A stretch of DNA of 64,000 bases from Octopus vulgaris (taxonomy: Eukaryota), in assembly GCA_951406725.2 (NCBI GenBank), contig OX597827.1, forward strand, positions 66,898,001-66,962,000. The letters run 5' to 3'. Shown here one piece after another: positions 39,545 through 52,941 of the stretch (within the stretch, counting starts at the first letter, position 1; each line of letters begins with the position of its first letter). The notes under the pieces were generated by a model. That model ran no database searches and was not told the origin of the DNA. It saw only the letters and a program-made list of their open reading frames with translations. Position numbers and translations under genes: made by a program.

Positions 39545-39822
39545 TGAAGGCGACAGATTCTTTGGTTAGAGCGTTGGGCCCGCAATCACGAAGTAGTAAG
39601 ATTCTATTCCCGGAATAGTCTGTGTGCTGTGTTCTTGAGCGAGAGACTTTATTTCACGTTGATCCGCTTCACTCAACCGTGGTTGTCTAGTTGTATTGTC
39701 CTTTGCCTTTCCCTTGGATAACATCATTGGCGTGGGGATGGGAGACTGGTATGCATGGGTGACTGCTAGTCTTCCATAAACAACCTTGCTGCGCTTGTGC
39801 CCCGGGGAGGAACTTTCTTGAC
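39545..39822 (+). mobile_element. SINE S4-related (diverged)
   Basis: tRNA-like head and core GTGTTCTTGAGCGAGAGACTTTATTTCACGTTG. Confidence 0.55.
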
Positions 39823-39858
39823 AATAATTTTAACATTTCCCATTTCTGTATTATAATA

Positions 39859-40022
39859 GGCGTAGGAGTGGCTGTGTGGTAAGTAGCTTGTTTACGAACC
39901 ACATGGTTCTGGGTTCAGTCCCACTGCGTGGCACCTTGGGCGAGTGTCTCTCAGCTATAGCCTCGGGCTGACCGAAGCCTTGTGAGTGGATTTGGTAGAC
40001 GGAAACTGAAAGAAGCCTGTCG

Positions 40023-40055
<33 letters not shown>

Positions 40056-40270
40056 GTGTGTTTGTGTGTCTGTGTTTGTCTCCCCCAACATCGCTTAACA
40101 ACCGATGCTGGTGTTTTTACGTCCCCGTAACTTAGCGGTTCGGCAAAAGAGACCGATAGAATAAATACTAGACTTACAAAGAATAAGTCCTGGGGTCGAT
40201 TTGCTCGACTAAAGGCGGTGCTCCAGCATGGCCACAGTCAAATGACTGAAACAAGCAAAAGAGCAAAAGA
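39859..40270 (+). mobile_element. tRNA-derived SINE, family S1
   Basis: Full-length, high identity to 30549-30970. Confidence 0.9.
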
Positions 40271-40271
40271 G

Positions 40272-40342
<71 letters not shown>

Positions 40343-40344
<2 letters not shown>

Positions 40345-40538
40345 GTTAGCTACTGCACGCATTTTTTTCTCTCCTTCTTTCTGTGTTTTTCTCTCTCTGT
40401 GTATCTTTCTGTTAAAGAGCGTAGGCTCGAAACGTTAAAGACTTGTTTTATTTATATTTCCTGAGCGCCATACTAATACAATTGTTCGTTTGTTTTTCAC
40501 CTGCCTTCGTCTTTTGTTTATTTTCATAAAGCTTCCCG

Positions 40539-40540
<2 letters not shown>
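40343..40540 (+). mobile_element. Hammerhead-bearing module, family A-related subfamily, inside (TA)n
   Basis: TCTTT-CTGTTAA-A-GAGC-GTAG-GCTC-GAA-ACGT-T-AAAGA at 40404-40441. The downstream TTCCTGAGCG..CTAATAC block is shared with family A. Confidence 0.7.
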
Positions 40541-40586
<46 letters not shown>

Positions 40587-40596
40587 ACATATGTGT

Positions 40597-40672
<76 letters not shown>

Positions 40673-40694
40673 GTATGTATGTATATGTATATAT

Positions 40695-40852
40695 TCTTTA
40701 CTTCTTTTACTTGCTTCTGTCACTTGACTGCAGCCATGCTGGAGCGCTACCTTTAGTCGAAAACAGTTTCCCAAGGTTCCACGCAATGACATCAAACCCG
40801 GAACCATGAGGTTCGGAAGAAAGCTTCTGACCACACAACCACTCTTACGCCT
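40695..40852 (-). mobile_element. SINE S1, internally deleted
   Basis: The S1 tail is joined directly to the S1 head. Confidence 0.65.
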
Positions 40853-40867
40853 TTATATATATATATG

Positions 40868-40950
<83 letters not shown>

Positions 40951-41140
40951 ATGTAGGTATGTATGTGTGTAAATATACATATATAAATGAGTCTGTGTGT
41001 ATAAAACTTTTCGTGTTTGGATGAGTGCATATATATTTAAATATATATACGTGTTCATATCTATTTAAATACCTTCAAAACTGCGTATCTGCATACACCA
41101 CACACACATACATATACGCACTCATACCTACACACACACA

Positions 41141-41199
<59 letters not shown>

Positions 41200-41695
41200 G
41201 CACGTAGATATCTAGTTATGTATTCAAATCATTGCACCAAGACTCCAAAGGTTATCCACCATATTTTCAGACCTTCGCTTCGTTCAAGATTGATATTTAA
41301 AATTTTTTGGCAATTCTCTTTTATCAACTCTTTGTTGTTTTGAAGATTTTCTATTTTTACCCCGTAATCTCTAGTTACAATCTCGTTTTTACTCTATGTA
41401 ATACTCTTATTCCTTTAACCTTTTTCCCCATTGTTATACAAACCCACTTTCAAAAAATAACAGAAAAAAAGAAAAAATAATCTAAAAGAAACGAAAGAAA
41501 TCAGGAAAATTTTTTCGCACTTTAAATTGAAATTTATTTTCCTTCTTTCGTGTTCATTTTTTTCATTTTTATTCGGTCTTTATCAAACACATTCGCTTAT
41601 ATTCCCTACATAGTACATATGTATTATATAACCTTTTCGTGCCGCCTTCCAAAAATACTGATTATACAATTTAAATATATAACCATATCTTGATC

Positions 41696-41808
<113 letters not shown>

Positions 41809-41834
41809 TATAGATAGATAGATAGATACATAGT

Positions 41835-41914
<80 letters not shown>

Positions 41915-42035
41915 AATTTAATATAGATAACAGTGTTCAATAATTTACCAAAATGAAAATCTATAATTGTCGCTAAATATTACTAGGGTGTTTGAAACAC
42001 CGACATTGCCTATATATATATATATATATATACAC

Positions 42036-42084
<49 letters not shown>

Positions 42085-42185
42085 AGTGCGTGTTAGTGCG
42101 TCCGTGTGTCTGTGTGTCTGTGTAGTTGTTATGTAACACATTCATATCCTTGTATATGTTCATAGAGATCGGAAGACAGACAGGC

Positions 42186-42233
<48 letters not shown>

Positions 42234-42679
42234 TTCGTGACTATAATGAACCTGTACACGTCGCATGTTGTGTGTATATGGATATATTTAGTAGTCTCTC
42301 TGTAAGTAAATTAACTGCCCGTTCTTATCCTTGGAGTTATGTCCAGAAAGCTAAAACTTATTTAAATTGCTCGTAAATTTAAACAACTTGTTTTTAAAGA
42401 TCTTAATCAATCGCTTCCTGAATTTCTCCAATTCGTTGTTCTTCATATGGCTTGAAGATGTACTACACAAGTCCTACGTAGGAAGGTAAATGCGCGCCCT
42501 TCGTGTTTCTCTGAGAAACTGACGCGACCTTCGACCTCAGCTGTGCCGTAGCTACCCACAGATACAAAAAACAGCGAATTGCCTAACATTTGTATCCAGC
42601 AGCATACATAAGGAGACAGAGCGTACTAAAGTCTGGGGAGTTCCAGCGGAGGGATTTCTATATTTTATTCTTTTATTCT

Positions 42680-43053
42680 TTATTTCCCACAGGGGGCTGA
42701 ACATAGAGGGAGAAACAAGGACAGACAAAGGAATTGAGTCGATTACATCGACCCCAGTGCGCAACTGGTACTTATTTTATCGACCCCGAAAGGATGAAAG
42801 GCAATGACGACCTCGGCGGAATTTGAAATCAGAATGTAACGGCAGACGAAATACCTATTTCTTTACTGCCCACAAATAGCTACACACAGAGGGGACAAAC
42901 AAGGACAGAGAAACGGATTAAGTCGATTATATCGACTCCAGTGCGTAACTGGTACTTATTTAATCGACCCCGAAAGGATGAAAAGCAAAGTTGACCTCGG
43001 TGGAATTTGAACTTAGAACGAAGCGGCAGAGGAAATACCGCTAAACATCTCGC
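42680..43053 (-). mobile_element. Two S2 SINE copies, one inserted at the GAAATAC site of the other
   Basis: Repeated S2 cores at 42720-42850 and 42852-43050. Confidence 0.85.
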
Positions 43054-43494
43054 CTGTTAAATTATAGTAAACCACGATGACAAACTAGTTGTACTTGCTG
43101 GAGCATGTCCATGACTCAAGCCATGCAATCCAGTTGGGTGCACCCCTTGGCCCTTATAACATCGTTCTTGTGCCGGCATCGAATTATGATTATGTGCATT
43201 GCGTAATTCGATCTTGGAGGTTTAGTCAGACTACATTTAAAGTTAGAAATGTAGTTGTGCGTATGGCACATCAGCATGACATATGGGAAGACGTTGTTGA
43301 AATGTTTCAGTCACTAGTTCTTGCGATTCAGTGTTTATCGAAGAAATGTTAATTGCTCTTATATGTTATGTTGGTGGTGGGTGTAAGAAATGTGTAAAAA
43401 GACTTGCATGTGAGGCAGAGTTCCTTGTCCGTATGTTCTTTTTTTGTTGTCGACCAGAATGAAATGTGTAATTTAGGTGACTATTTCGCGCACC

Positions 43495-43812
43495 GTGGAG
43501 GCACGTGGCCTAGTGGTTAGAGCAGCGGACTCGCGGTCGAGGGATCGCGGGTTCGAATCTCAGATCGGGCGATCTGTGTGTTTATGAGCGAAAACACCTA
43601 AGCTCCACGCGGCTCCGGCAGAAGGTAATGGCGAACTTCTGCTGTCTCTTTCGCCACAACTTTCTCTCACTCTTTCCTCCTGCATCTTGCAGCTCACCTG
43701 TGACGGACCAGCATCCCATCCAGGCGGGGAAACTATACGCCAAGACAACCGGAAAACCGGCCCTTATGAGCCAGGCATGGCTCGAGAAGGAATAAACATG
43801 AAAAGCAAACAA
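43495..43812 (+). mobile_element. SINE S3 (tail A)
   Basis: tRNA-like head with A and B boxes (TGGCCTAGTGG, GGTTCGAATC). TSD ATTTCGCGCACC / ATTTCGCACACC at 43483-43494 and 43813-43824. Confidence 0.9.
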
Positions 43813-44032
43813 ATTTCGCACACCAAATTTTAAGCTATATGAAGCCGTGCGTTATAAGAATTTTACTTTCCAACCACATGGTTCCAGGTTCAGTCTTACT
43901 CTGTGGCAACCTGATCAAGTGTCTCTTATTATAACCTCGGGTCGACCAATGCCTATCAAGGCATTTAAGAGACGCAAACTGAAACTATCATGTGTGTGTG
44001 TGTATGTCTTTGTGTCTGTGTTTCTCCGCCAA

Positions 44033-44265
44033 TACCTATTTCTTTATTACCCACAAGGGGCTAAACACAGAGGGGACAAACAAGGAAAGACAAAGGTATT
44101 AAGTCGATTACATCGACCCCAGTGCGTAACTGGTACTTAATTTATCGACCCCGAAAGGATGAAAGGCAAAGTCGATCTCGGCGGAATTTGAACTCACAAC
44201 GTAACGCAGACGAAATACCGCTATGCATTTCACCCGGCGTGCTAACGTTTCTGCCAGCCTGCCGC
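44033..44265 (-). mobile_element. SINE S2 inserted in an old S1 fragment
   Basis: Full S2 body flanked by a repeated CCGCCAATACC. Confidence 0.85.
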
Positions 44266-44730
44266 CAATACCGCTTGGCAACCGGTGCATTCCATTCTTT
44301 CTGGGTTTTTTTCATTCTGTCTTTCATATGGCGTTATGCAACCATAATATGCTACGAAGTATATCGAAAGCTCCCGAGCCATAACGACTCGATTGAGTTT
44401 CCCGGATTCTCTGACGTATATACTACCTCGCAGATAGAGCGACGGTTCATCACGGGATTATTAATTTTTGAAAAGCTCAGGCGGCTAGAGTGACGACAAA
44501 AGAAGTGTTTTGTCGAGAAACCCGACGCTTCGCCCGGTCAAGGTTTCGTACCCATAATCATATACCCCTGAGTGCAACACCGTAACCATTAAGCCGTGCG
44601 TCTACACAAACTCTTCTTGAATAACAATGTATTTGCATACTTGTGCATGTGTGGAAACAGACACACACACACATACACACACACACACACACGAACACAC
44701 AAACACACACAAACACACACACACACACAT

Positions 44731-44784
<54 letters not shown>

Positions 44785-44906
44785 GCACATAAGCATTACA
44801 GAATTTCATGAAGGATAAAAGAACGAATACGAACATCGATATCACCAAATATACATCCCAGCCAACAGACATTCTACTCACTCACTCACACACGAACACA
44901 CACGCA

Positions 44907-44937
<31 letters not shown>

Positions 44938-45115
44938 GAACACACACACACGCTCACTCACTCACTCACACACGGAATCTTCAAACAATTTCCCTTCTTA
45001 GCGAAACGAATGGCTATGTGTCACGAATCGCTGTATTTAATTAATTAATAAATACGTTTTCACATCTTCTATATTCGTTTATCTGTGAGCATCTGTGGGA
45101 AGTGTATGTACTTTT

Positions 45116-45194
<79 letters not shown>

Positions 45195-45498
45195 TGTGTT
45201 TAGCGTTCGAAGATGAATGAGAAATACTGTATGGTTGGAATGTTGCATTATCATCCAATAACAGAACATGATCTTTTTACTTTCGAAGGATTCACTTTCA
45301 CGTTTATCTTTATTTCCAACATCTCTCACCAAGTTCATCTTACTCTGTCCTCTCTCTCTCTCTCTGTCTCTTTCTTTCTTAATCTCTCTCAGTCCATCTC
45401 GTAATGTCTCAATCTCTCTCTTTCTTGTAATCTCCTTCTCTCTCTCTCTCTCTTAATCACCCACTCCCAATCTCTCTCTTGTAATCTTCCTCTCTTAA

Positions 45499-45539
<41 letters not shown>

Positions 45540-45546
45540 TAGATAT

Positions 45547-45597
<51 letters not shown>

Positions 45598-45666
45598 TAG
45601 ATATATATCTGTCTATCTATCTTTATGTATCTATGGATCTATCTATCTATCTATCTATTTATTTGT

Positions 45667-45700
<34 letters not shown>

Positions 45701-45778
45701 CAATTACTTTTTCTTTTCGTCTCCCTCCTACAGTCCCTTTTCTATATTTCTTTACTCCCTCCTTTTCTCTCTCTCTAT

Positions 45779-45811
<33 letters not shown>

Positions 45812-46758
45812 TCTCTCTCTCTTCTCTTCTCTTCTCTTCTTTCCATCTCCAGTTCACATCATCCCGCCCTCTATCTATCTCTCACTCATCAATAGCAGCA
45901 ACGTTTCACTTTGCCCCACCTCTCACATCTACTCTCCTCCTCCTCCTCCACCGATACTCATACACACATACATGCACATACATGCACATACACACTTACA
46001 CTCTTCAGACAACGGAGTCGATAACGTGTGTAATTCTCTGTTCAGTAAAATAAAAGTAGGAGCGCTATCGTAAATATCACAGTTCCTCCATTGTTAGCTA
46101 TTGACATAAGATCTACCTACCATGATTTACAGGCGATTTCAAACAATGCCTTACAGCAGTAGTTTCTCATGTCGTTCACTACAGAAAAATGCTGCACTGT
46201 AAGGGATCGCTAGGTATTTCTTGGAATTAAAAATATATATAATTTATGTCTTTAGAAAATGTATACAACTTTTTAACGTCTTGAAAAAAACATGTTTATA
46301 ATTTAGTTATTCACGATTGTGATTCTTGAAATAGGGTTTGTAGAAAGGTTTGTTTATTTTTTACTAATTTTTAAAATTGAAAACTGTTTTATTTTATAAT
46401 TTTCCATTTGATATTTACTTGTATTTATTATTGTTTTAAAATTCGAGCTGCCATGCTCCATAAATTCAAAACGGTTGGATACCATTGTTGTATATTGTTG
46501 ACAGTTGGAAAGACGACTGATTCTATTCTGGTATCTGCACGGGGTATATTCCGAACAAAATCTTCCTAGGTGAGATTAAAATCTTAAAGCCTGGTGCGGA
46601 CAATTTGATATTGTATTAAGTATGATGCCTTCCTGTTTACACTACTTGAACACAATAATATTATTGGTTTCAATTTTTAGCACAAGGCCAGCAATTTTGG
46701 GAAAGGAAGTGAGTCGATCAGAATGATCCCAGTGCTCAACTGGTATACATTTCATTGA

Positions 46759-46998
46759 AAGGCGGCGAGCTGGGAGAAACGTTAGCACGCCGGGCGAAAT
46801 GCTTAGCGGTATTTCGTCTGCCGCTACGTTCTGAGTTCAAATTCCGCCGAGGTCAATTTTCCCTTTCATCCTTTCGGGGTCGATTAAATAAGTACCAGTT
46901 ACGCATTGGAGTCGATATAATCGACTTAATCCATTTGTCTGCCCTTGTTTGTCCTCTCTGTGTTTAGCCCCTTGTGGGTAGTAAAGAAATAGGTATTT
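46759..46998 (+). mobile_element. SINE S2 (young) nested in an older antisense S2
   Basis: TSD ATTTCATTGA at 46749-46758 and 46999-47008. Confidence 0.9.
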
Positions 46999-47504
46999 AT
47001 TTCATTGATCCCCAGAAGGATCAACGATAGAGTCGAGCTCGACGAATTGCAATGATATCATTATTGATTGTAATGAAAATTCAACTGAGGTCGAGTTTTG
47101 CCTTTCATTCTTTCTATTTTTCTTTTTCATTCTTTCCTGGACTCGATCTAATCACCTTGTTGCTTTTCTTCAAAATTGCTGTCATTGAATCAAAATTAAA
47201 AAGCATCCTTATTGATACTAAACTGAATTTGGTAGCCGTTACAGTTAACCAATTTGATAGCATAGAATTTGGACAGGCGCATAAGGTGCACCCCAACTTC
47301 AGTAGCGCATATTCAGATGAATATGATAGGCTTAGGATAGGCTCGGGTTCGCATATAAGACCTTGGACGATGTTTTGATGGTCGCGAAGAAGGTGCGTCT
47401 TTTATGCCACCAAAGAAGAACAGAATGGTGAGAAGAATGTTGGTATTGTTTCTATCCTCTTCTTCTCAAGCTCTTTCCGAATGTGTGTGTATGTGTTCAT
47501 ACCT

Positions 47505-47721
47505 ATTTCTTTACTACCCACAGAAGGAACATACAAGGACAGACACGGATTAAGTCGATTATATCGACCCAAGTGCACAACTTGTACTTATTTAATCGAC
47601 CCCGAAAGGATGAAAGGCAAAGTCGACCTCGGCGGAATTTGAACTCAGAACGTAAAGACAGACGAAATATCGCTAAGCATTTCGGTCGGCGTGCTGAAGT
47701 TTCCGCCAGCTCGCCGCCTTA
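47505..47721 (-). mobile_element. SINE S2
   Basis: 18-bp TSD GTGTATGTGT(T/A)CATACCT at 47487-47504 and 47722-47739. Confidence 0.9.
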
Positions 47722-49004
47722 GTGTATGTGTACATACCTCCATATTTTGCAACGCTGCACATGAATGAAAATATGTGAATCAATCGGTTGAAATATTTCT
47801 CCAACAACAATATCAGTAACACACTTTTGTCAACTGTCGCTAACGCGCGTTATCAAAGGCGTTTATTTACAAAATGCGTATCATAAAACACTAACGCGGC
47901 GAGTTTGAAGATTCGTTAGAGCATTTGATAAATCCCTCGCAGATTTTGCTCCGACTCCATCTGTACAGGATTCAAATCCCAGCGATGTATGATTTGGCAA
48001 TTTTTGTTTTTTACTGGTGGGGGCGAGATAATAAACGTAGCGACACGCGGCATAGGATTAGCGAAATTGCTACAAACGTATAACAGAATGTCTTAAGATA
48101 GCCGTTCTGCTTCAATATTTCCTAACATTTACTCGTGTTACGCTACAGACAATGATATATAACGATCCTAAGACAATGGTCTTTTTCTTAGCGCATATGT
48201 GAAATTATACGGTTGATGGATGCAAGTACAAGGATAGATACAGAATTTTTAAAAAAAGGATTAACTAAATACTGCCAGATACTTGTCTGACATTCTACGT
48301 AAAGCGACTGACTAGTCATCCAAAAGAAAATATGAATGAATTACTGACATAGATAGAATGCGGTGTCGAGTCATAATATCAACAATAAACTGTAAATAAG
48401 CGCAGTCTTATCGTACGTACAGTATATCCTTGGCAAGGTCCTCTACAACTTGAGCTTCTTAAGACTATATCAGTGTAGTCTAAAAGGGGATCCTGATGAA
48501 AGGTAAGAAAATTTGGAGTGATATATTGGGTGACGAGTTTAGTGGGTGACAAAGAACGGAATTTTTGTTAGTTTTTGGCAAGGTCCTCTGCAACTTAAAA
48601 TTCTTGCGTGTTTTTGTTAGTTTAACATCACTTTCACCATTGAAATTCTTCACACTGTTTCAGATTAGTCTAAAAGGGGATCCTGAAGCGAGGTGATGAT
48701 ATTGGGTATGAAATATTGGGTGACGTATTTAGTATAGGATTAGTGCGTGCAACAAAAAAGATCTTATAGATGAACTTAATAAGTGATGTGATGTGCTCTG
48801 CTAACGCAGTAGAACACTGTGTTGATTTATAAAGACATTTAATATTCTTTATAGCATATTATGGCTGCATAACGAAATACCGCATCCTTAGAAGTTATTA
48901 AAACAGATCTTCTCTTTGTTTAATATCACTTTTACCCTGCTGCATAGGTAATACGTGGATTAAAGAATACCAACTGCTTACATCTCTCATTTTCAATAAT
49001 ATTC

Positions 49005-49430
49005 ACCGATCCATCCAACCTTGCCACCCACCCTTCCTGGTGGGGAGCAGGGAAAGGGGTATGAGGTACGTCTTCTGTAGGTTTCTATCAGAAGTAAACG
49101 TTATTAGACTTTCCAGTTGAATTTGCAAGCGTGATCAGCTCAGCTAAGGTTATGCATCTTATTCATGATCGATCTCTAAGTTTCCTACTGTTTAACTCGG
49201 CATCAAGAATCTGCCCTGCGATTCTATTCGGTAGCATTCTACTCACATGTTCCGAGTACCGAAGCTCTAACTTCTCAATGTTGAGAAGTAGGGACTCGTC
49301 ATAGATATACTCCCTATTTTCTGACCTGGTCCCTCTGTCGACTGACGTTAATCCAGAGGTCCATTGAGTCCATTTGTGTCCGCGGTCGCACACTTTCGGT
49401 CAATGCCCAATGCGTTATTCTACCAAGGAT
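49005..49430 (-). mobile_element. Decayed 3' end of an RTE-group LINE
   Basis: Remnant ESLLLNIEKLELRYSEHVSRMLPNRIAGQILDAELNSRK resembles the RTE 'QLRWxGHVxRM...R.RGRP' C-terminal block. Ends in a (GGAT)-like tail. Confidence 0.55.
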
Positions 49431-49698
49431 TCAACATTAGAGCTGCGCATTTAGTGGTAACCAGTCCATCAGCTTTCTTAAGAGCGTAGAAAGAGGATTT
49501 ACTTGGGAAGTGTATTTGCTAGAAACGCCAGCCAATTCAAGGGATTAACCATTGGATAATGTAATCGTGAATGCACCAAAGCCTGCAACTAAAAGATTTG
49601 GGATGACCTGGAAGGGAATTATATAGGTTATAAGTTTGCTCAAAGGTGGTTGAACATAGGGTAAACAACTGGCGGTCACATAAAGAACAATCTGAATA

Positions 49699-49820
49699 AT
49701 ACGACGTTTGTATGAGAATCATACGACGTATGTCGAAGATTCAAATGACGTTTGTGTGAGAATCATTCGACGTATGTCGAAGAATCATATGACGTTTGTA
49801 TAAAAATCATGATGTTTGTG
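49699..49820. repeat. Minisatellite of 22-bp units alternating into a 44-bp higher-order unit
   Basis: ATACGACGTTTGTATGAGAATC / ATACGACGTATGTCGAAGATTC alternate, about 5 units. Confidence 0.75.
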
Positions 49821-51038
49821 CATCGCATCTTAGCTTTTGAACTCTTATGATTCTAGAGATTCTAAGTAGTACGTCATTTCCTGCTACATAATCCAGCCAA
49901 AAAGACCCAAACATGAAATATCTATATGGTTCTTTCAATCGCCTGCCAGAAATATCGGTTAAATTTCTCCCAAACAACAACTTACTATCTTAAACGAAGA
50001 CATTACACGTTTTATAAAGTAGTCCTAGATACTTATGAAATATGAAATAGCCATCAATGGAACAACGTAAATAACAAAACGAGTCATTAATGGTTGCAAA
50101 TATGCGAACAATTGATCTGATTGAAATCGGAGAAAAGTCTACCGAAAAGAGATCAAACGTATTAGCTAATATACTTCTAGATACACATAAAGAGATAGAC
50201 TGTTCATGATTGGTACGTCTTTGATCTTATTTCTTCTCGATCAGTGTTCGTAATGGGTTAAACATCAACAGCAACTACAAGAATATGAAACTTAATAAAA
50301 AACAAAATTATATTTTCAGATCTACTTGTTTTGTAATTTATGAATTTAGCATTAAGATTTTTCATTTTTCTTTTTTTTTTTTTTTAATCTCATTTGTTTT
50401 CATTCATATTGATCTCTAAGATTATGTTGAAATCAATATTGATATATTTGTGAAGAGCCATATTTAACACAGTGGTCGGTTGATGTTTGGCTATATTTCA
50501 CTTCTTTTTTTCACTTTCTATAGCCATTGATGTATGCTTATGTCCCTCAATATATATTCCACAACACCAGTCTGCAGCCTACACCATGGGTGTATATCTT
50601 TTCTTTCAAATTCTTGTTTCTATTTTGCTTGCATCTTTTCAACAAATTTTACTCGTACTACATCTCTATAGTACGTATGTGAGCTCGTTTACTAACTAAA
50701 GAGATAAAAGTGAATATATAGACTTTCTTCATTATGAATCTTCCCAAATATAACAATTTCTTGTTCTTTCCCTTTCATCCTTTTGCGATCGATAAAATAA
50801 AGTAACAGTTTATTACCTTTCCTTAAAATTGCTAGCCGTGTACCTAAATCAGAATCTGTTAGTTTATTATTCTTTCCTTCATCGTTCATTGGATGCAAAT
50901 TATGTTAAGGAGCACGATAACAACAATGTTCTGTTGCAGAAAGTCGAGAAGCTAAACTACTGAAAAATTGCATATTTGCTAATGAATTATGATTGGCATA
51001 TATTGTAGAATATGGCAACTGCGAAGTGCCCCTAATGT

Positions 51039-51109
<71 letters not shown>

Positions 51110-51111
<2 letters not shown>

Positions 51112-51283
51112 CGGGAAGCTTTATGAAAATAGACAAAAGACGAAGGCAGGTTTACGGAAATAAACAAAAGACGAAGGCAAGTGGTATACAAACAATTGTA
51201 TTAGTATGGCGCTCAGGAAATATAAATAAAACAAGTCTTTAACGTTTCGAGCCTACGCTCTTCAACAGAAAGATACACAGAGA
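51110..51283 (-). mobile_element. Hammerhead-bearing module (same subfamily as 40343-40540) inside (TA)n
   Basis: Minus strand TCTTT-CTGTTGA-A-GAGC-GTAG-GCTC-GAA-ACGT-T-AAAGA at 51236-51273. Confidence 0.7.
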
Positions 51284-51859
51284 TATATATATTATATAGT
51301 CTTTTATCTTTTACTTGATTCACACATTGGACAGCGGCTATGTTGAGGCACCGCTATGAAAGGTATAGACGAACTTTTGTGTTGAAAACACAGCCATTAT
51401 CATTAGTCTAATAGTAATTTTATCTGTCTATTATACCGAACTGCTAGGTTACAGGAAATAAAAAACAACAACAGATATCACAAGACTGTACCTATGTATA
51501 TGTGTATGAATGTTTATACAGTGTGCTTCCATGCAGTTTTCGTATGCTAGATTCACTCACAAGTCTTTGGTGAGACCGCCTTGAAAAGGTTAATGCTTAA
51601 TAGAAAATCACTTGAAGGGGCAAGCCCTTTTAACCTACCTTTGCTTCTTCTGGGCAAAAGCATATAGGTTCATACCCAAAATGACAAGCAGTCATATCTA
51701 TGCTGCCCACCGTTTAAGGAATATTCAAACGATTGCAGACATCAAATGAGTTGAGGCCACTAGATGTATTAATAGAAAGATCAAATGATCTTTTTCGTCT
51801 TTGAAGGACGAAACAGATGTTTTGATTTTTTGAATACAAATGGAAGTATTTATGTATAT

Positions 51860-52025
51860 GGTTCAAAATTGTACAAAAGAAAATGACAGAGACGGGTAGG
51901 GGAATAAGACACAGAGTGTATCAATTTGACGCACAGGATAAATAAAAGAAGGGTTTTCGACGTTTCGAACTTACGCTCGTCTACAGAAAGTAATGACGAG
52001 AGAAAACCAAGTAACGTACGCTCGC
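51860..52025 (-). mobile_element. Diverged hammerhead-bearing module, family A-related
   Basis: Minus strand CTTT-CTGTAGA-C-GAGC-GTAA-GTTC-GAA-ACGT-C-GAAA at 51955-51990. Confidence 0.5.
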
Positions 52026-52256
52026 GTATCGACCCCAGTTTAGTCCTGCCTGCCTGATCTTTCTCTTCTATTGGACCCGCATATATTTTCCCACCTTCTT
52101 CTCGGATCTTCCCCAGATCTCCTGAACCACTTTATCGCCACTCCATCCGGATTAATATTGGAACTTTGTATATCTAGAATTCTACCATCATATATCTTAC
52201 TACACACCGTCGTTCATATGCATGTATCTATATTTTTATGTATATTTCTATATATT

Positions 52257-52315
<59 letters not shown>

Positions 52316-52606
52316 TTACAAATGTATATTTATATATAGATATATTTATATATTTGTATATGAGCATATATCGAAGAATCAAATGTCTGGTTCAACATAT
52401 TTAACCATTAAGCCACGCACCTCCTCATATGCATTATATTCCTATCTAAGAAATGAATATGCGTGTACAAGAAGGAATTTACCTGGTTAATATTTCCATC
52501 TCTGTTTTAACTAATAGTCCTCCATACGTACATTGAATGGTTATTTACGAAGTGTAGTTAATTATAAAACAATCCTAATTTGTGCGATATAACTCTCCAT
52601 ATAAAT

Positions 52607-52642
<36 letters not shown>

Positions 52643-52941
52643 TCACACAGTTAATAAGAGGAATGACCACAAAAGTGGTTTCCTATACGCTAGAAATAGA
52701 CGTCAAATCGCCTTACCACAAACTGTATATATATATATATTCATATATATACTGTTGTGTCTGGGCGGAGTCATTCACTTTTGGTGCCTTATAATTTAAC
52801 ACATTCACCGGTAAAATTTCCACTCATTTCCTTTATTTTTCTAAAATTTTCGTTGCGTCTGGCAATCTTTTCAACAGTTGTTGACACTTGCATTAGTTGT
52901 TGAATCTTGCAAACCAAATCCCAAAATGAAATATATATTTA

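Noticed and set aside
43089-43352. 87-aa ORF in unique-looking sequence
   Set aside because: Non-ATG start, no recognisable domain or splice support.
43495-43570. SINE heads (also 15297, 31477, 53429) as true tRNA genes
   Set aside because: They have A/B boxes but continue into SINE bodies with TSDs and lack a proper acceptor stem.
48488-48520. CTGATGA...GAAA hammerhead-like match
   Set aside because: No stem II or stem I pairing.
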